A DNA stretch of 36,665 nucleotides from a virus. Its lineage: Duplodnaviria > Caudoviricetes. A program made the translations under genes and the position numbers. This document shows positions 1 to 7,845 of this stretch, one piece after another. The notes beneath the pieces were generated by a model. That model had not been told where the DNA came from, ran no database searches, and saw only the letters and a program-made list of their open reading frames with translations. The stretch is taken from positions 1 through 36,665 of IMG/VR virus record IMGVR_UViG_3300046779_000565. One strand, 5' to 3'. How positions within the stretch are numbered: the stretch's first letter is position 1; each line of letters opens with the position of its first letter.

Positions 1-127
1 TAATGTTACCTGCTTGATCCATATAGTTACCGCCACCAATATCAACCAAATTACTAGCAGGCTTCATGTTGACAATGTTTTGAATTTGTGTGCCCCAACG
101 ACTATCTTTATTCAACAATCCATTAAT
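1..127. repeat. Terminal direct repeat copy 1 (identical to 36539-36665); circular-assembly overlap
   Basis: taatgttacc...caatccattaat is identical at both ends, 127 bp, and a reading frame runs through the join. Confidence 0.95.
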
Positions 128-1996
128 TTCGTCTGCTGTCGTAAAACCTTTGTCAATCTGTTGGTTAATCTTGTTTAAGTCCCAACCACTGTTATGTAAC
201 TTTAATGCATTATCTTTTGATATTCCATTATCTAATGCATTCAAAAACTTGTCAGCATATTTGTTAACTGCGGCGGATTGAATTTCATATTGGCTCAATC
301 CTTTACCAATTAACTCTTGTGCAGTAGCTTGTGATAGATTACCAATTTTAACTTGTTGACCAGCCATGCTAATGCTGTTTGCACTAGCACCATTTTGTAA
401 CATATCATTAATAACTGATTCATTGAATGGGCTTGCAGCCAAACCAGTCAATGTATTTGCTGTGATTCCAGTACTTGCTAAATCAGCTAGGTCTGTTGCA
501 GTATAACCTAAGTTAACTAAGTTCTTAACATCATTTGCAGTGTATCCTGCATTGCTCAATATCGTTGCATCCGTTGCATCTAATAAATTGGTTGCTGCTA
601 ATTGTTGTGCTGCAGGAGATAAGGTAGATAGTTCTGTTGCTGCTACTGTTGTTGATGTTATTGGTTTATAATCTACAATCTTCTGAATATCTGAACCAAA
701 TCCATAGCCTTTACTTAATATCTTGTTTACATCGTTTGCTGTTGTATAACCATTATTGATTTGATTTGAAATTTTGTCTAAGTCCCAACCATTCTGATTT
801 AATAAATTAATAGAATCGTTTGATAATCCCATACTTTTAGCATACAACATTTTATCTGCTAGACCGCTGGATGCGCCAGCCATTCTTATTTCGGAAGCAT
901 TAAAACCTTGATTAACTAATTGTTCAGCAGTGCCTTGACTTAGTTTACCCATGTTAACATAATTGCTAGCCATGCTAATGTCGTTGATACTAGCACCATT
1001 TTGCAACATACTAGTAATAGTAGATTCAGGGAATTTAGTAGCAGCTAAACTGGTCAATGTAGATCCAGTAACGCCAATACTTGCCATGTCAACTAACTCA
1101 CCTGCTGTGTAACCTAAATTAGTTAATGTTTGTAAATCTTTAGGAGTGTAACCACCTGTGGTCAATACTTCTGCTTGAGTCTTATCGACTAAGCCTGAGT
1201 TAACCATTTGGTTCTTTTGTGTATCAATAGAGCTGCCGCCAACACCACTATATGTGTTATACGCAACTTGTGCAGCACTGTTGGTCATTCCATTATCAGC
1301 CCAACCCAAAGTATCTGCAATGTATGAACCAACATTACCACCTTTGGCTGCAATAGCTGCTGCATCTTTCAACACATAAGTTGGAACAGACTCCATTAAC
1401 ATTTCTCTTGTGGTTGCTGCGTTTCTGCTGAATGCTTCGCTTGCACTTGCTCTTGCACTATCGCTGTCAGACCAACCCATCTTATCAATCAATGTGCCTA
1501 ATGGATCTTGACCACTCTTATAAATGTCTGCTAATGTATCTGGCTTAACTTGTGCAACAGCTTCTTGTGGTGTCATAAATTTGGCTATGCCGCCACTAAC
1601 AGTACCCATGACTAAACCTGCTTTGGCAGCAGTCAATACATCTTGTCCAGTTAATATAGCGCCAGTGATGCCAGATGCTGTTCCAGCTGCGGCTGCTTGT
1701 GCAATAGGTCCATAACTTGCTGCTGCTGTGCCTGCATACTGAGCAACTTGACCCATAGCTGCGCCAGTGAAACTTGCTTTAATAATATCTTTGGTTGAGC
1801 CACCTGCTGCGGCTGTGCCAGCTGCGCCACCTAACGCTCCCGCCCACACTGGAGGGATACCATAACTCATTGCAACTACACTAGTGATTGCACCAATTGG
1901 GTTGTTTTTTACAGCAGTCCATGCGTCACTAATTGTGTCACCAACATCATCAACAGTATCTTCAACAAAGTCCCAGAAGTCGTCCCATAAGCTCAT
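1..1996 (-). CDS. 5' part of a 1107-aa putative virion/ejection protein that spans the circular junction (continues 36538 to 35211)
   Basis: Missing from the ORF track. Manual translation from ATG 1996 (MSLWDDFWDFVEDTVDDVGD...; SD AAGGA upstream) is open to base 1 and in frame with ORF 35211..36656 (...NGLLNKDSRWGTQIQ...). Gly/Ala-rich hydrophobic N-terminus and an internal 202-aa duplication. Confidence 0.9.
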   Translation of the reverse strand, partial: MSLWDDFWDFVEDTVDDVGDTISDAWTAVKNNPIGAITSVVAMSYGIPPVWAGALGGAAGTAAAGGSTKDIIKASFTGAAMGQVAQYAGTAAASYGPIAQAAAAGTASGITGAILTGQDVLTAAKAGLVMGTVSGGIAKFMTPQEAVAQVKPDTLADIYKSGQDPLGTLIDKMGWSDSDSARASASEAFSRNAATTREMLMESVPTYVLKDAAAIAAKGGNVGSYIADTLGWADNGMTNSAAQVAYNTYSGVGGSSIDTQKNQMVNSGLVDKTQAEVLTTGGYTPKDLQTLTNLGYTAGELVDMASIGVTGSTLTSLAATKFPESTITSMLQNGASINDISMASNYVNMGKLSQGTAEQLVNQGFNASEIRMAGASSGLADKMLYAKSMGLSNDSINLLNQNGWDLDKISNQINNGYTTANDVNKILSKGYGFGSDIQKIVDYKPITSTTVAATELSTLSPAAQQLAATNLLDATDATILSNAGYTANDVKNLVNLGYTATDLADLASTGITANTLTGLAASPFNESVINDMLQNGASANSISMAGQQVKIGNLSQATAQELIGKGLSQYEIQSAAVNKYADKFLNALDNGISKDNALKLHNSGWDLNKINQQIDKGFTTADEINGLLNKDSRWGTQIQNIVNMKPASNLVDIGGGNYMDQAGNI

Positions 1997-2012
1997 ATTT
2001 AAATCCTTTTTG

Positions 2013-2020
2013 TATTTATT
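2013..2020 (-). promoter_or_regulatory. T4-late-like promoter motif AATAAATA
   Basis: Minus strand AATAAATA-CAAA-AAGGA-TTTAAAT-ATG(1996). Overlaps the upstream stop codon. Confidence 0.55.
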
Positions 2021-2909
2021 GTTTTACAACTTGGGCACTGATGCTGCGTAAAGTAAATTCATCAGTAGTAATTTGCATAGATCCTGTAGCTGTAAAATAT
2101 ACTTCAATGATGTAACGATAATAGCCAGGATCAGGCTCATCTAATATTGTTGCAAATACTGTCTCAAGTAATGGTAAACTACCAGTGCCAGTTAAGCCTG
2201 GAAACTCATAAACTTTTTCTGCAACAGTATATGGTTCATCAAAGATGTAATCAGGATTAACAGGGTCATTATTAATAAATGCTGTATATCTGGTAATATC
2301 AACATAAACAGTTAAATTTTCAGAACCACTAAAGACTTCATAACTTATTACTTGGTTCAATTGACCACTAATAAAAACTCTATCTGTAACGCCATTAACT
2401 GTAACACGAACATCACAATCAGTTGAGTTTAATACATCCATACTTGAATAGACGATTGAGCCACCTGATATGTAAGTGGGTAATGTTCCAATAATAGGAC
2501 CTACTGTTCTAACAATAACATAAGTTGTCGTACATTCAATAACACCAATTGGTACTGTATTGTATCCATTATCTTTCAAATACGCATTGTTCCATTCTAT
2601 TGGTGTGACCCCTGTAACAACTAAACCATTACCTAAACTAAATGGTACTGAGGGTTGAGTAGTGCTGAATGTGTACTTTATAGTTCTGTCATCAAGTTGT
2701 TCTGCATTACTTAAATTGATTGGAGCTACATACAACTTTGCAGATGTTGTTTGAGTAAATGGTATACGAAAGTTACCAGTTAAGTAACCAGTACTGTATG
2801 TTGAGAACCCCGCAAAGTTTTGACCTAAGCCGCTTGGACCCGAAAGCAAATAATTGATTGCATCAACTTGTCCTTCATTATCGGACATTTCAACTGGGAA
2901 CTTGCTCAT
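2016..2909 (-). CDS. Putative tail/virion structural protein (297 aa)
   Basis: Beta-rich, T/S/V/G-rich ORF translationally coupled to the nozzle gene. Confidence 0.65.
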   Translation of the reverse strand: MSKFPVEMSDNEGQVDAINYLLSGPSGLGQNFAGFSTYSTGYLTGNFRIPFTQTTSAKLYVAPINLSNAEQLDDRTIKYTFSTTQPSVPFSLGNGLVVTGVTPIEWNNAYLKDNGYNTVPIGVIECTTTYVIVRTVGPIIGTLPTYISGGSIVYSSMDVLNSTDCDVRVTVNGVTDRVFISGQLNQVISYEVFSGSENLTVYVDITRYTAFINNDPVNPDYIFDEPYTVAEKVYEFPGLTGTGSLPLLETVFATILDEPDPGYYRYIIEVYFTATGSMQITTDEFTLRSISAQVVKQ

Positions 2910-4798
2910 TATCTATCGTCCTCGACTTGTGTGATTTGCCAGCTTGTACTTGTACACATCCAAACACTGTTATTGCTGCTGTTAGAAATTTCAATGTTGT
3001 TTACACGATATGCATTCTGGTCAATCTGATACCAGGGTTCACTTGTGTCAATAGGTTTAGTTACAGGAGTCTTAACATCTGGCGCACTTGCTACGCTTGT
3101 TGCGCCTTCAATTGTAATCGTTACATTACCTTTATTCAAACTAGTTGCTGGATCAACAGTGATGTTATAATCACCACTGAATGGTACAGCACCCAAATTG
3201 TTTACTTCAGGCAATACACGATGAACCATTAGTTTACCACTATAATCTTTCAATAGTTTGATGTTGTCTCTACGGAAACTTGATTCAATGTTCGATCCAT
3301 CATACCAACTGTAACCATTATTCATTTGTACAAGTTTCTGATTGGTAACTCCTCTTGCGTAAACAACTGTGCGTGAACCTAAGTTTGGTGTTGTGCCTGT
3401 ATAGATAGGACTCTCACACGCAAATGTTGCGCTTGCTATATCTCTTGGCGCATTCCAAACATCTAAGTCATAACGATAACTCAACATTTTGTTTGGTACG
3501 CCATTAACGGCGTTGTTGTCTGGATAATATATTTCAACTTGATTCTTTTGTGTGTTTACTTCCATAAACACACGGTCGTAGTTTTGTGGGTCAAGCTGAT
3601 CGAACAACCAATTCTTTACTCGTTGATTGCCTAAGCCTTGAAAGTCTTGACCATCGAATACCCATACATCTCTGGCATCGATACCATACACTAACTTGTC
3701 AGTGTTAGCCCAACAGTTTGAACTAAGTAAACCTCTACCTTGATTGAATAATCTTACGCCTAAGATTGGCGCACTTGTTGTTGAATAGTTTAATGGGCTG
3801 AATACAACTGTGTCCCAATAACTGCATAAGAAGAACTGACCATTGCAAGGGAAAGCATCAAGTGCCGGTCCGCGCAATGGAACTTCAAGTTGGTTAGCCA
3901 CATTCGTTACCGTTGGTTCCCATGTTTTTGGTGCTTGATTCAATCCAAACGCTTGTGACCATTGAACAGTTACGGGATAGATTTCTTGTGTTGTATCGAC
4001 ATTGGTAGCAGTCAAGTTACCAGCAACTAATATTGAACCCACATTAGGTGTTGAGTACAATCGCATAAAGTTTGCATACACGCCACTCCAATTAGTATTA
4101 TAGTTCCATGAATATAATGGTGAAACGGTACCTGTGACTCCACCTGGGTAGCCACCACCTGGAACTGCATTATATGTTACTGTTGCTGTGGTGCTTGAAA
4201 CTACAGTAAATGTACCGTTGAAAAAGTTATTAACTCCTGAGATTATTACCTGATCTCCGCTCACATATGGAGCAGTTAGATATGGAGTTTGAAATGTTAA
4301 TGTACAAGTTGTTATACCTACAGTGATATTACTAATTGCTACTGGGATAGCGTTTTTATATTGTACCAATACTGCGCCGTCTTCATCTGGTAAGAACATT
4401 GGAGGATTTAAACTGTCATTAAAGAATGGTACAGTTCCGTTCCATGCTTCAGTAATATTGGTGGCTTGATCGTACCCACTGAATGGTGTAGCGCCTGGCG
4501 TGATGTTTGTCCAAGAGCCACCATTGCTTGCGTACCAATTGCCTTCTGTTGTAGCTACAATGAACCAGAATTGTCCACTTTGTCTGAAGCCACCTGTGAT
4601 GAATGTGGGTGTTCCTGGTACAGTATCTAATATTTCTATTTCACCAGCAACACTACGAATGCCACGAACATCAGTTTCAACATTGACGCCACTATTATAT
4701 TCGTTTGGTCCCAGACTTTCTGATGGTACATCAGGACTAAATGTCATTTTAGTGAATGGGATTCTTGGTTGTTCGTAATCAGATTTTATTTGAGCCAT
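2909..4798 (-). CDS. Tail nozzle / head-stabilisation (P22 gp10-like) beta-propeller protein (629 aa)
   Basis: Size, propeller-like repeats (VQWSQ, VWVFDG, EIYYP, LSYRYDLDVW) and position just before the ejection-protein genes. Confidence 0.7.
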   Translation of the reverse strand: MAQIKSDYEQPRIPFTKMTFSPDVPSESLGPNEYNSGVNVETDVRGIRSVAGEIEILDTVPGTPTFITGGFRQSGQFWFIVATTEGNWYASNGGSWTNITPGATPFSGYDQATNITEAWNGTVPFFNDSLNPPMFLPDEDGAVLVQYKNAIPVAISNITVGITTCTLTFQTPYLTAPYVSGDQVIISGVNNFFNGTFTVVSSTTATVTYNAVPGGGYPGGVTGTVSPLYSWNYNTNWSGVYANFMRLYSTPNVGSILVAGNLTATNVDTTQEIYPVTVQWSQAFGLNQAPKTWEPTVTNVANQLEVPLRGPALDAFPCNGQFFLCSYWDTVVFSPLNYSTTSAPILGVRLFNQGRGLLSSNCWANTDKLVYGIDARDVWVFDGQDFQGLGNQRVKNWLFDQLDPQNYDRVFMEVNTQKNQVEIYYPDNNAVNGVPNKMLSYRYDLDVWNAPRDIASATFACESPIYTGTTPNLGSRTVVYARGVTNQKLVQMNNGYSWYDGSNIESSFRRDNIKLLKDYSGKLMVHRVLPEVNNLGAVPFSGDYNITVDPATSLNKGNVTITIEGATSVASAPDVKTPVTKPIDTSEPWYQIDQNAYRVNNIEISNSSNNSVWMCTSTSWQITQVEDDR

Positions 4799-4819
4799 AA
4801 AAGTTTCCAGTATATTTTA

Positions 4820-4827
4820 TATTTAGT
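4820..4827 (-). promoter_or_regulatory. T4-late-like promoter motif ACTAAATA within an RBS-occluding hairpin (4798-4849)
   Basis: Minus TAAAAGT..TTCCGGTA-CTAAATATAAAATA-TACTGGAA-ACTTTTA-TG. Intergenic and not a stop codon. Confidence 0.7.
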
Positions 4828-4846
4828 ACCGGAAAATAGTAGACTT

Positions 4847-5140
4847 TTAAGCGGGAAATTGATTAAAATCTAATGGTTGCCAAACCTTACCTTCAACATC
4901 TAAAACTGTTGCATCTTTATCTATCTCAACTGTTTTGTATTTTTTAACACGGTTGATTTCTTTACAATTTTCATTGTGTTTAGGAACGCCATTCTGATTT
5001 CTATGCAACACTCTATCACATTTGATACAACGATAACCCTTAAACTCCCATTCGCTGGTTTTAAAGTTATAGTTGTAGGTCAGGTAAAAGTTCTTATATT
5101 CTGGGTACTTATTGTGAATTGTGTGTAGATCCTTTTTCAT
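4847..5140 (-). CDS. Small zinc-finger-like protein (~97 aa; ATG 5140 preferred over TTG 5185)
   Basis: YRCIKCDRVLH...PKHNENC motif (CxxC...H...C). Confidence 0.65.
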   Translation of the reverse strand: MKKDLHTIHNKYPEYKNFYLTYNYNFKTSEWEFKGYRCIKCDRVLHRNQNGVPKHNENCKEINRVKKYKTVEIDKDATVLDVEGKVWQPLDFNQFPA

Positions 5141-5531
5141 TATTTTCTCGTTCAATGTTTTCAGCTTTTTCCAATAAAACAGCATAATCGTTAGCTTTAA
5201 TTAGTTGATCTGGATCGATGTTTTTTATTTCTTTTTGACTCAAATCTTCCATAATCTCATCATGTTTATTTTTTGGTATTAATTCTTTGAACATGTCAAC
5301 AATGACATCTACACTATTATCATCTATGTTTCCGCCCTCATTTCGTATGATTGATTGTATCATATGATCGAAACATAGTCTAGTCTTTAATTCTCCATGA
5401 CTTGTAGTTGTAATCATATATAAATCTTTAAATTCTACAAGTTCATCTTTTTCATGTCTTTCTACTTCAAAAACAAATGCTTGCTCATATTGAGTATCTT
5501 GATGGGTAAAAACATGAAATTCTTTGGACAT
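5109..5531 (-). CDS. Hypothetical acidic protein (140 aa)
   Basis: ATG with strong SD AAGGAG and its own TAAATA motif. Confidence 0.75.
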   Translation of the reverse strand: MSKEFHVFTHQDTQYEQAFVFEVERHEKDELVEFKDLYMITTTSHGELKTRLCFDHMIQSIIRNEGGNIDDNSVDVIVDMFKELIPKNKHDEIMEDLSQKEIKNIDPDQLIKANDYAVLLEKAENIERENNEKGSTHNSQ

Positions 5532-5550
5532 AATAGTCTCCTTGAACTAG

Positions 5551-5558
5551 TATTTAGT
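5551..5558 (-). promoter_or_regulatory. T4-late-like promoter motif ACTAAATA within an SD-occluding hairpin (5537-5565)
   Basis: Minus TCCCTT-AACTA-AATAC-TAGTT-C-AAGGAGA-CTATT-ATG. Confidence 0.7.
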
Positions 5559-5572
5559 TAAGGGATTTTGTG

Positions 5573-6652
5573 TCAAAGTTTACGCCAAATATCTAAACTG
5601 TTTTCTTGTAGTTTATTAACATATTTCAGTCCATCGTCACTGTAAGACTGATTGTATAGTTCTTTTATTTTACTTACTGAATCTTTACTGTTGACTTTGT
5701 GTACAAATTCAAAGTTATCTGACCAATCTTGTGTGTCTAACACAACTACAGGCATGTGACCTACACACTCTAAAAAACTGAATGGGTAGTTTTCTATCAA
5801 ACTACAGTTGAATGATACTTTACAACTTTTGATAAAATCTACTTTATCTTTACCCGTGATCCCCGTTTTAATCTCATAGTTTGTTATGTTATTTTCATTA
5901 AACGCTTTTATAAACTTCTTTTCCCCATTTTTATTAGTCATAACTTTGCAGGGAAGTTGTAGTTCTTTCATTGTTTTTATATACTGTTCTGGGTTCTTGC
6001 CCACTTCCCATCTCCCAATAAACAATACCCCTTCTTTGTGTTGATTACTTTTAGTCAATAGTTCTGTTTCGCTCATGGGCATGGGTAATACTTCTACATT
6101 TTTAATATTTTGTTCTAGTAATTTGTTTTTGTTTCGTTCTGACTGTGTACCCACAATCACATGATTAAAATGTAAAAATTGACTGTAAAATCTATGATAT
6201 GCGGGTAAGAATACATCATGTATTTTACTGTCAGGGTAGATTTGCTTGTACAAATGTGTGTAAAGTATAACTTTTGATTGTGTATCTATTGTAGTGATTG
6301 CTGCAAATGCTTCTTGACTATTGACTACAATATAGTCATATTTGTTGTTTTCCAGTATACTGATGATGATCTGTTGAAAATTGATAATTTTCTCATAATT
6401 GACAGTTTCCCCGTACATAAAGATATTTTGATGCTTATTGTAGCTCAAAGGTTTATGATTGTATATGAGTTTGGTTAATCCAAGATTAACACAGAAACTA
6501 TAGATAAAACTATTTGTGGGCTTTTTGTCTACAATAATGTGAACTTCATTCCCGAAACTTTCTTGCATTTCTGTGAAACTTTTACAAAAAGACCCGATTC
6601 CACCGTGGGGTATCAAGTGTTGGTCACTTATTATAAATGCGATTTTTTTCAT
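5573..6652 (-). CDS. Glycosyltransferase, GT-B fold, GT4-like (359 aa from ATG 6652)
   Basis: N-terminal IAFIISDQHLIPHGGIG, VLFIGRWEVGKNPE, and ENYPFSFLE (E-x7-E) motifs. Confidence 0.85.
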   Translation of the reverse strand: MKKIAFIISDQHLIPHGGIGSFCKSFTEMQESFGNEVHIIVDKKPTNSFIYSFCVNLGLTKLIYNHKPLSYNKHQNIFMYGETVNYEKIINFQQIIISILENNKYDYIVVNSQEAFAAITTIDTQSKVILYTHLYKQIYPDSKIHDVFLPAYHRFYSQFLHFNHVIVGTQSERNKNKLLEQNIKNVEVLPMPMSETELLTKSNQHKEGVLFIGRWEVGKNPEQYIKTMKELQLPCKVMTNKNGEKKFIKAFNENNITNYEIKTGITGKDKVDFIKSCKVSFNCSLIENYPFSFLECVGHMPVVVLDTQDWSDNFEFVHKVNSKDSVSKIKELYNQSYSDDGLKYVNKLQENSLDIWRKL

Positions 6653-6791
6653 ATAACCATTCCAATAACTGTTGTTTTTCTTCAATACTTTCAAAAATCC
6701 CGTCGGGATTGTATACTGAGCATATACTCCCTAAATGTAGTTCATCACGCAAAAACATGATAAATTGCTCATTTGTTAAGTCTTTTTCCAT
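6624..6791 (-). CDS. Small hypothetical protein (55 aa, MEKDLTNEQFIMFLRDELHLG...)
   Basis: Manually found ORF filling the gap between the origin and the GT gene. Below the ORF-track cutoff. Confidence 0.55.
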   Translation of the reverse strand: MEKDLTNEQFIMFLRDELHLGSICSVYNPDGIFESIEEKQQLLEWLYEKNRIYNK

Positions 6792-6795
6792 AATC

Positions 6796-6900
6796 TTTGT
6801 CGAGTCACTTTCTAGTTTGTCGAGTCACCAAATCCTGGGGTCGACAAAAATCCTTCCGTTTCATGCCGGTTTGTCGAGTCTGTCGAGTCAGTCGAGTCAC
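6796..6900. repeat. Iteron cluster / probable replication origin: 5 direct GTCGAGTC plus 1 inverted TTTGTCGAC
   Basis: TTTGTCGAGTCAC at 6796 and 6816, inverted copy at ~6839-6848, three tandem copies at 6870-6900. Lies directly downstream of the primase gene. Confidence 0.75.
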
Positions 6901-6912
6901 TTTTCAATATTG

Positions 6913-7845
6913 CTAGGATCCATGCTTTCTAGTCAAATTAAAGCGCCACATATTGCAGTTTAAGCGTTTCATCAACTCGATAGCCTTTTTATCCGTCATA
7001 AAGCTATCAAAACCCTGCTTATACAGTTTGTCCAAATTGACTTTTTTGGTACGCAAATCGCTGTCGGGAGCCGAAATCTGTTGTACAATCTGTCTATATT
7101 CAGCCGAAGTTAAACCCTTACTTTTACATAAAATAGCTAGACTTAGTGCGTCTGAATAGTGTAAATCACTACCCGTTAATAGTGTGTGAAACATGCTTTG
7201 AGCCAACGGATTTCTACCCTGAAAACTGGGTTTTTCAGTCTGAATGTGTGTATTCAGTTCTTTTTCGGGCAGTATCATACCGTCGAAAAGTTCACCTTTA
7301 TTATGATGAATAAACTTTATATCTTTGTTGTCTTTTGAATATGTGGGTAAGTAAAAACACTGACTGATCGTAAAACTAGCACCGTCTACGCCCAATATTT
7401 CAACCATTGAATCGTGTCGTTTGTCAAACTCTGTGTTTGTCAGTGGTTCTTTTAATGGTATGACCAATCTGAACTTTTCTTTGTTCAAACTGTTTGAGTG
7501 TGTAGAATAGATTAAAAACTCATAGTTTTGCCAAAGTTGTATTGATTCTTCTAATGTTTGTGTACCATCTACATCTAATAACAAACAATAGATTTTGTCC
7601 ACATTTTCTTTGCATCGTCTGATAAACTCTGTGTTGGGCCTAGAATCTTTGACTGTTTCTGGAGATAGATAGTTTTCAGTCTTGTAGCTACAGCAATTAA
7701 AAAGATGACCACTTGTTTTGTCTATAGTTTCCTTTTGATAGTCTTTGAAGAATTCTACAAGTTCATCAAAAGTACATTGTATTTGGTCGTCTTTATGAAC
7801 ATAAGCCTCGTAGATAGAATTGTATATACATAAATTAATTAGCAT
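6913..7845 (-). CDS. AEP-superfamily primase / primase-polymerase (310 aa)
   Basis: LLLDVD (DxD), YSTHS...KFRLVIPL and D...SQCFYLP motifs, plus a helical PriCT-like C-terminus. Confidence 0.8.
   Translation of the reverse strand: MLINLCIYNSIYEAYVHKDDQIQCTFDELVEFFKDYQKETIDKTSGHLFNCCSYKTENYLSPETVKDSRPNTEFIRRCKENVDKIYCLLLDVDGTQTLEESIQLWQNYEFLIYSTHSNSLNKEKFRLVIPLKEPLTNTEFDKRHDSMVEILGVDGASFTISQCFYLPTYSKDNKDIKFIHHNKGELFDGMILPEKELNTHIQTEKPSFQGRNPLAQSMFHTLLTGSDLHYSDALSLAILCKSKGLTSAEYRQIVQQISAPDSDLRTKKVNLDKLYKQGFDSFMTDKKAIELMKRLNCNMWRFNLTRKHGS

Noticed and set aside
1-127. Biological direct terminal repeat
   Set aside because: 127 bp equals a common assembler k-mer and falls mid-gene, so it is best read as a circular-contig overlap.
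6796-6900. Mini-CRISPR array
   Set aside because: Repeats are only 8-13 bp with irregular, mostly very short gaps, and there are no cas genes; an iteron origin fits better.
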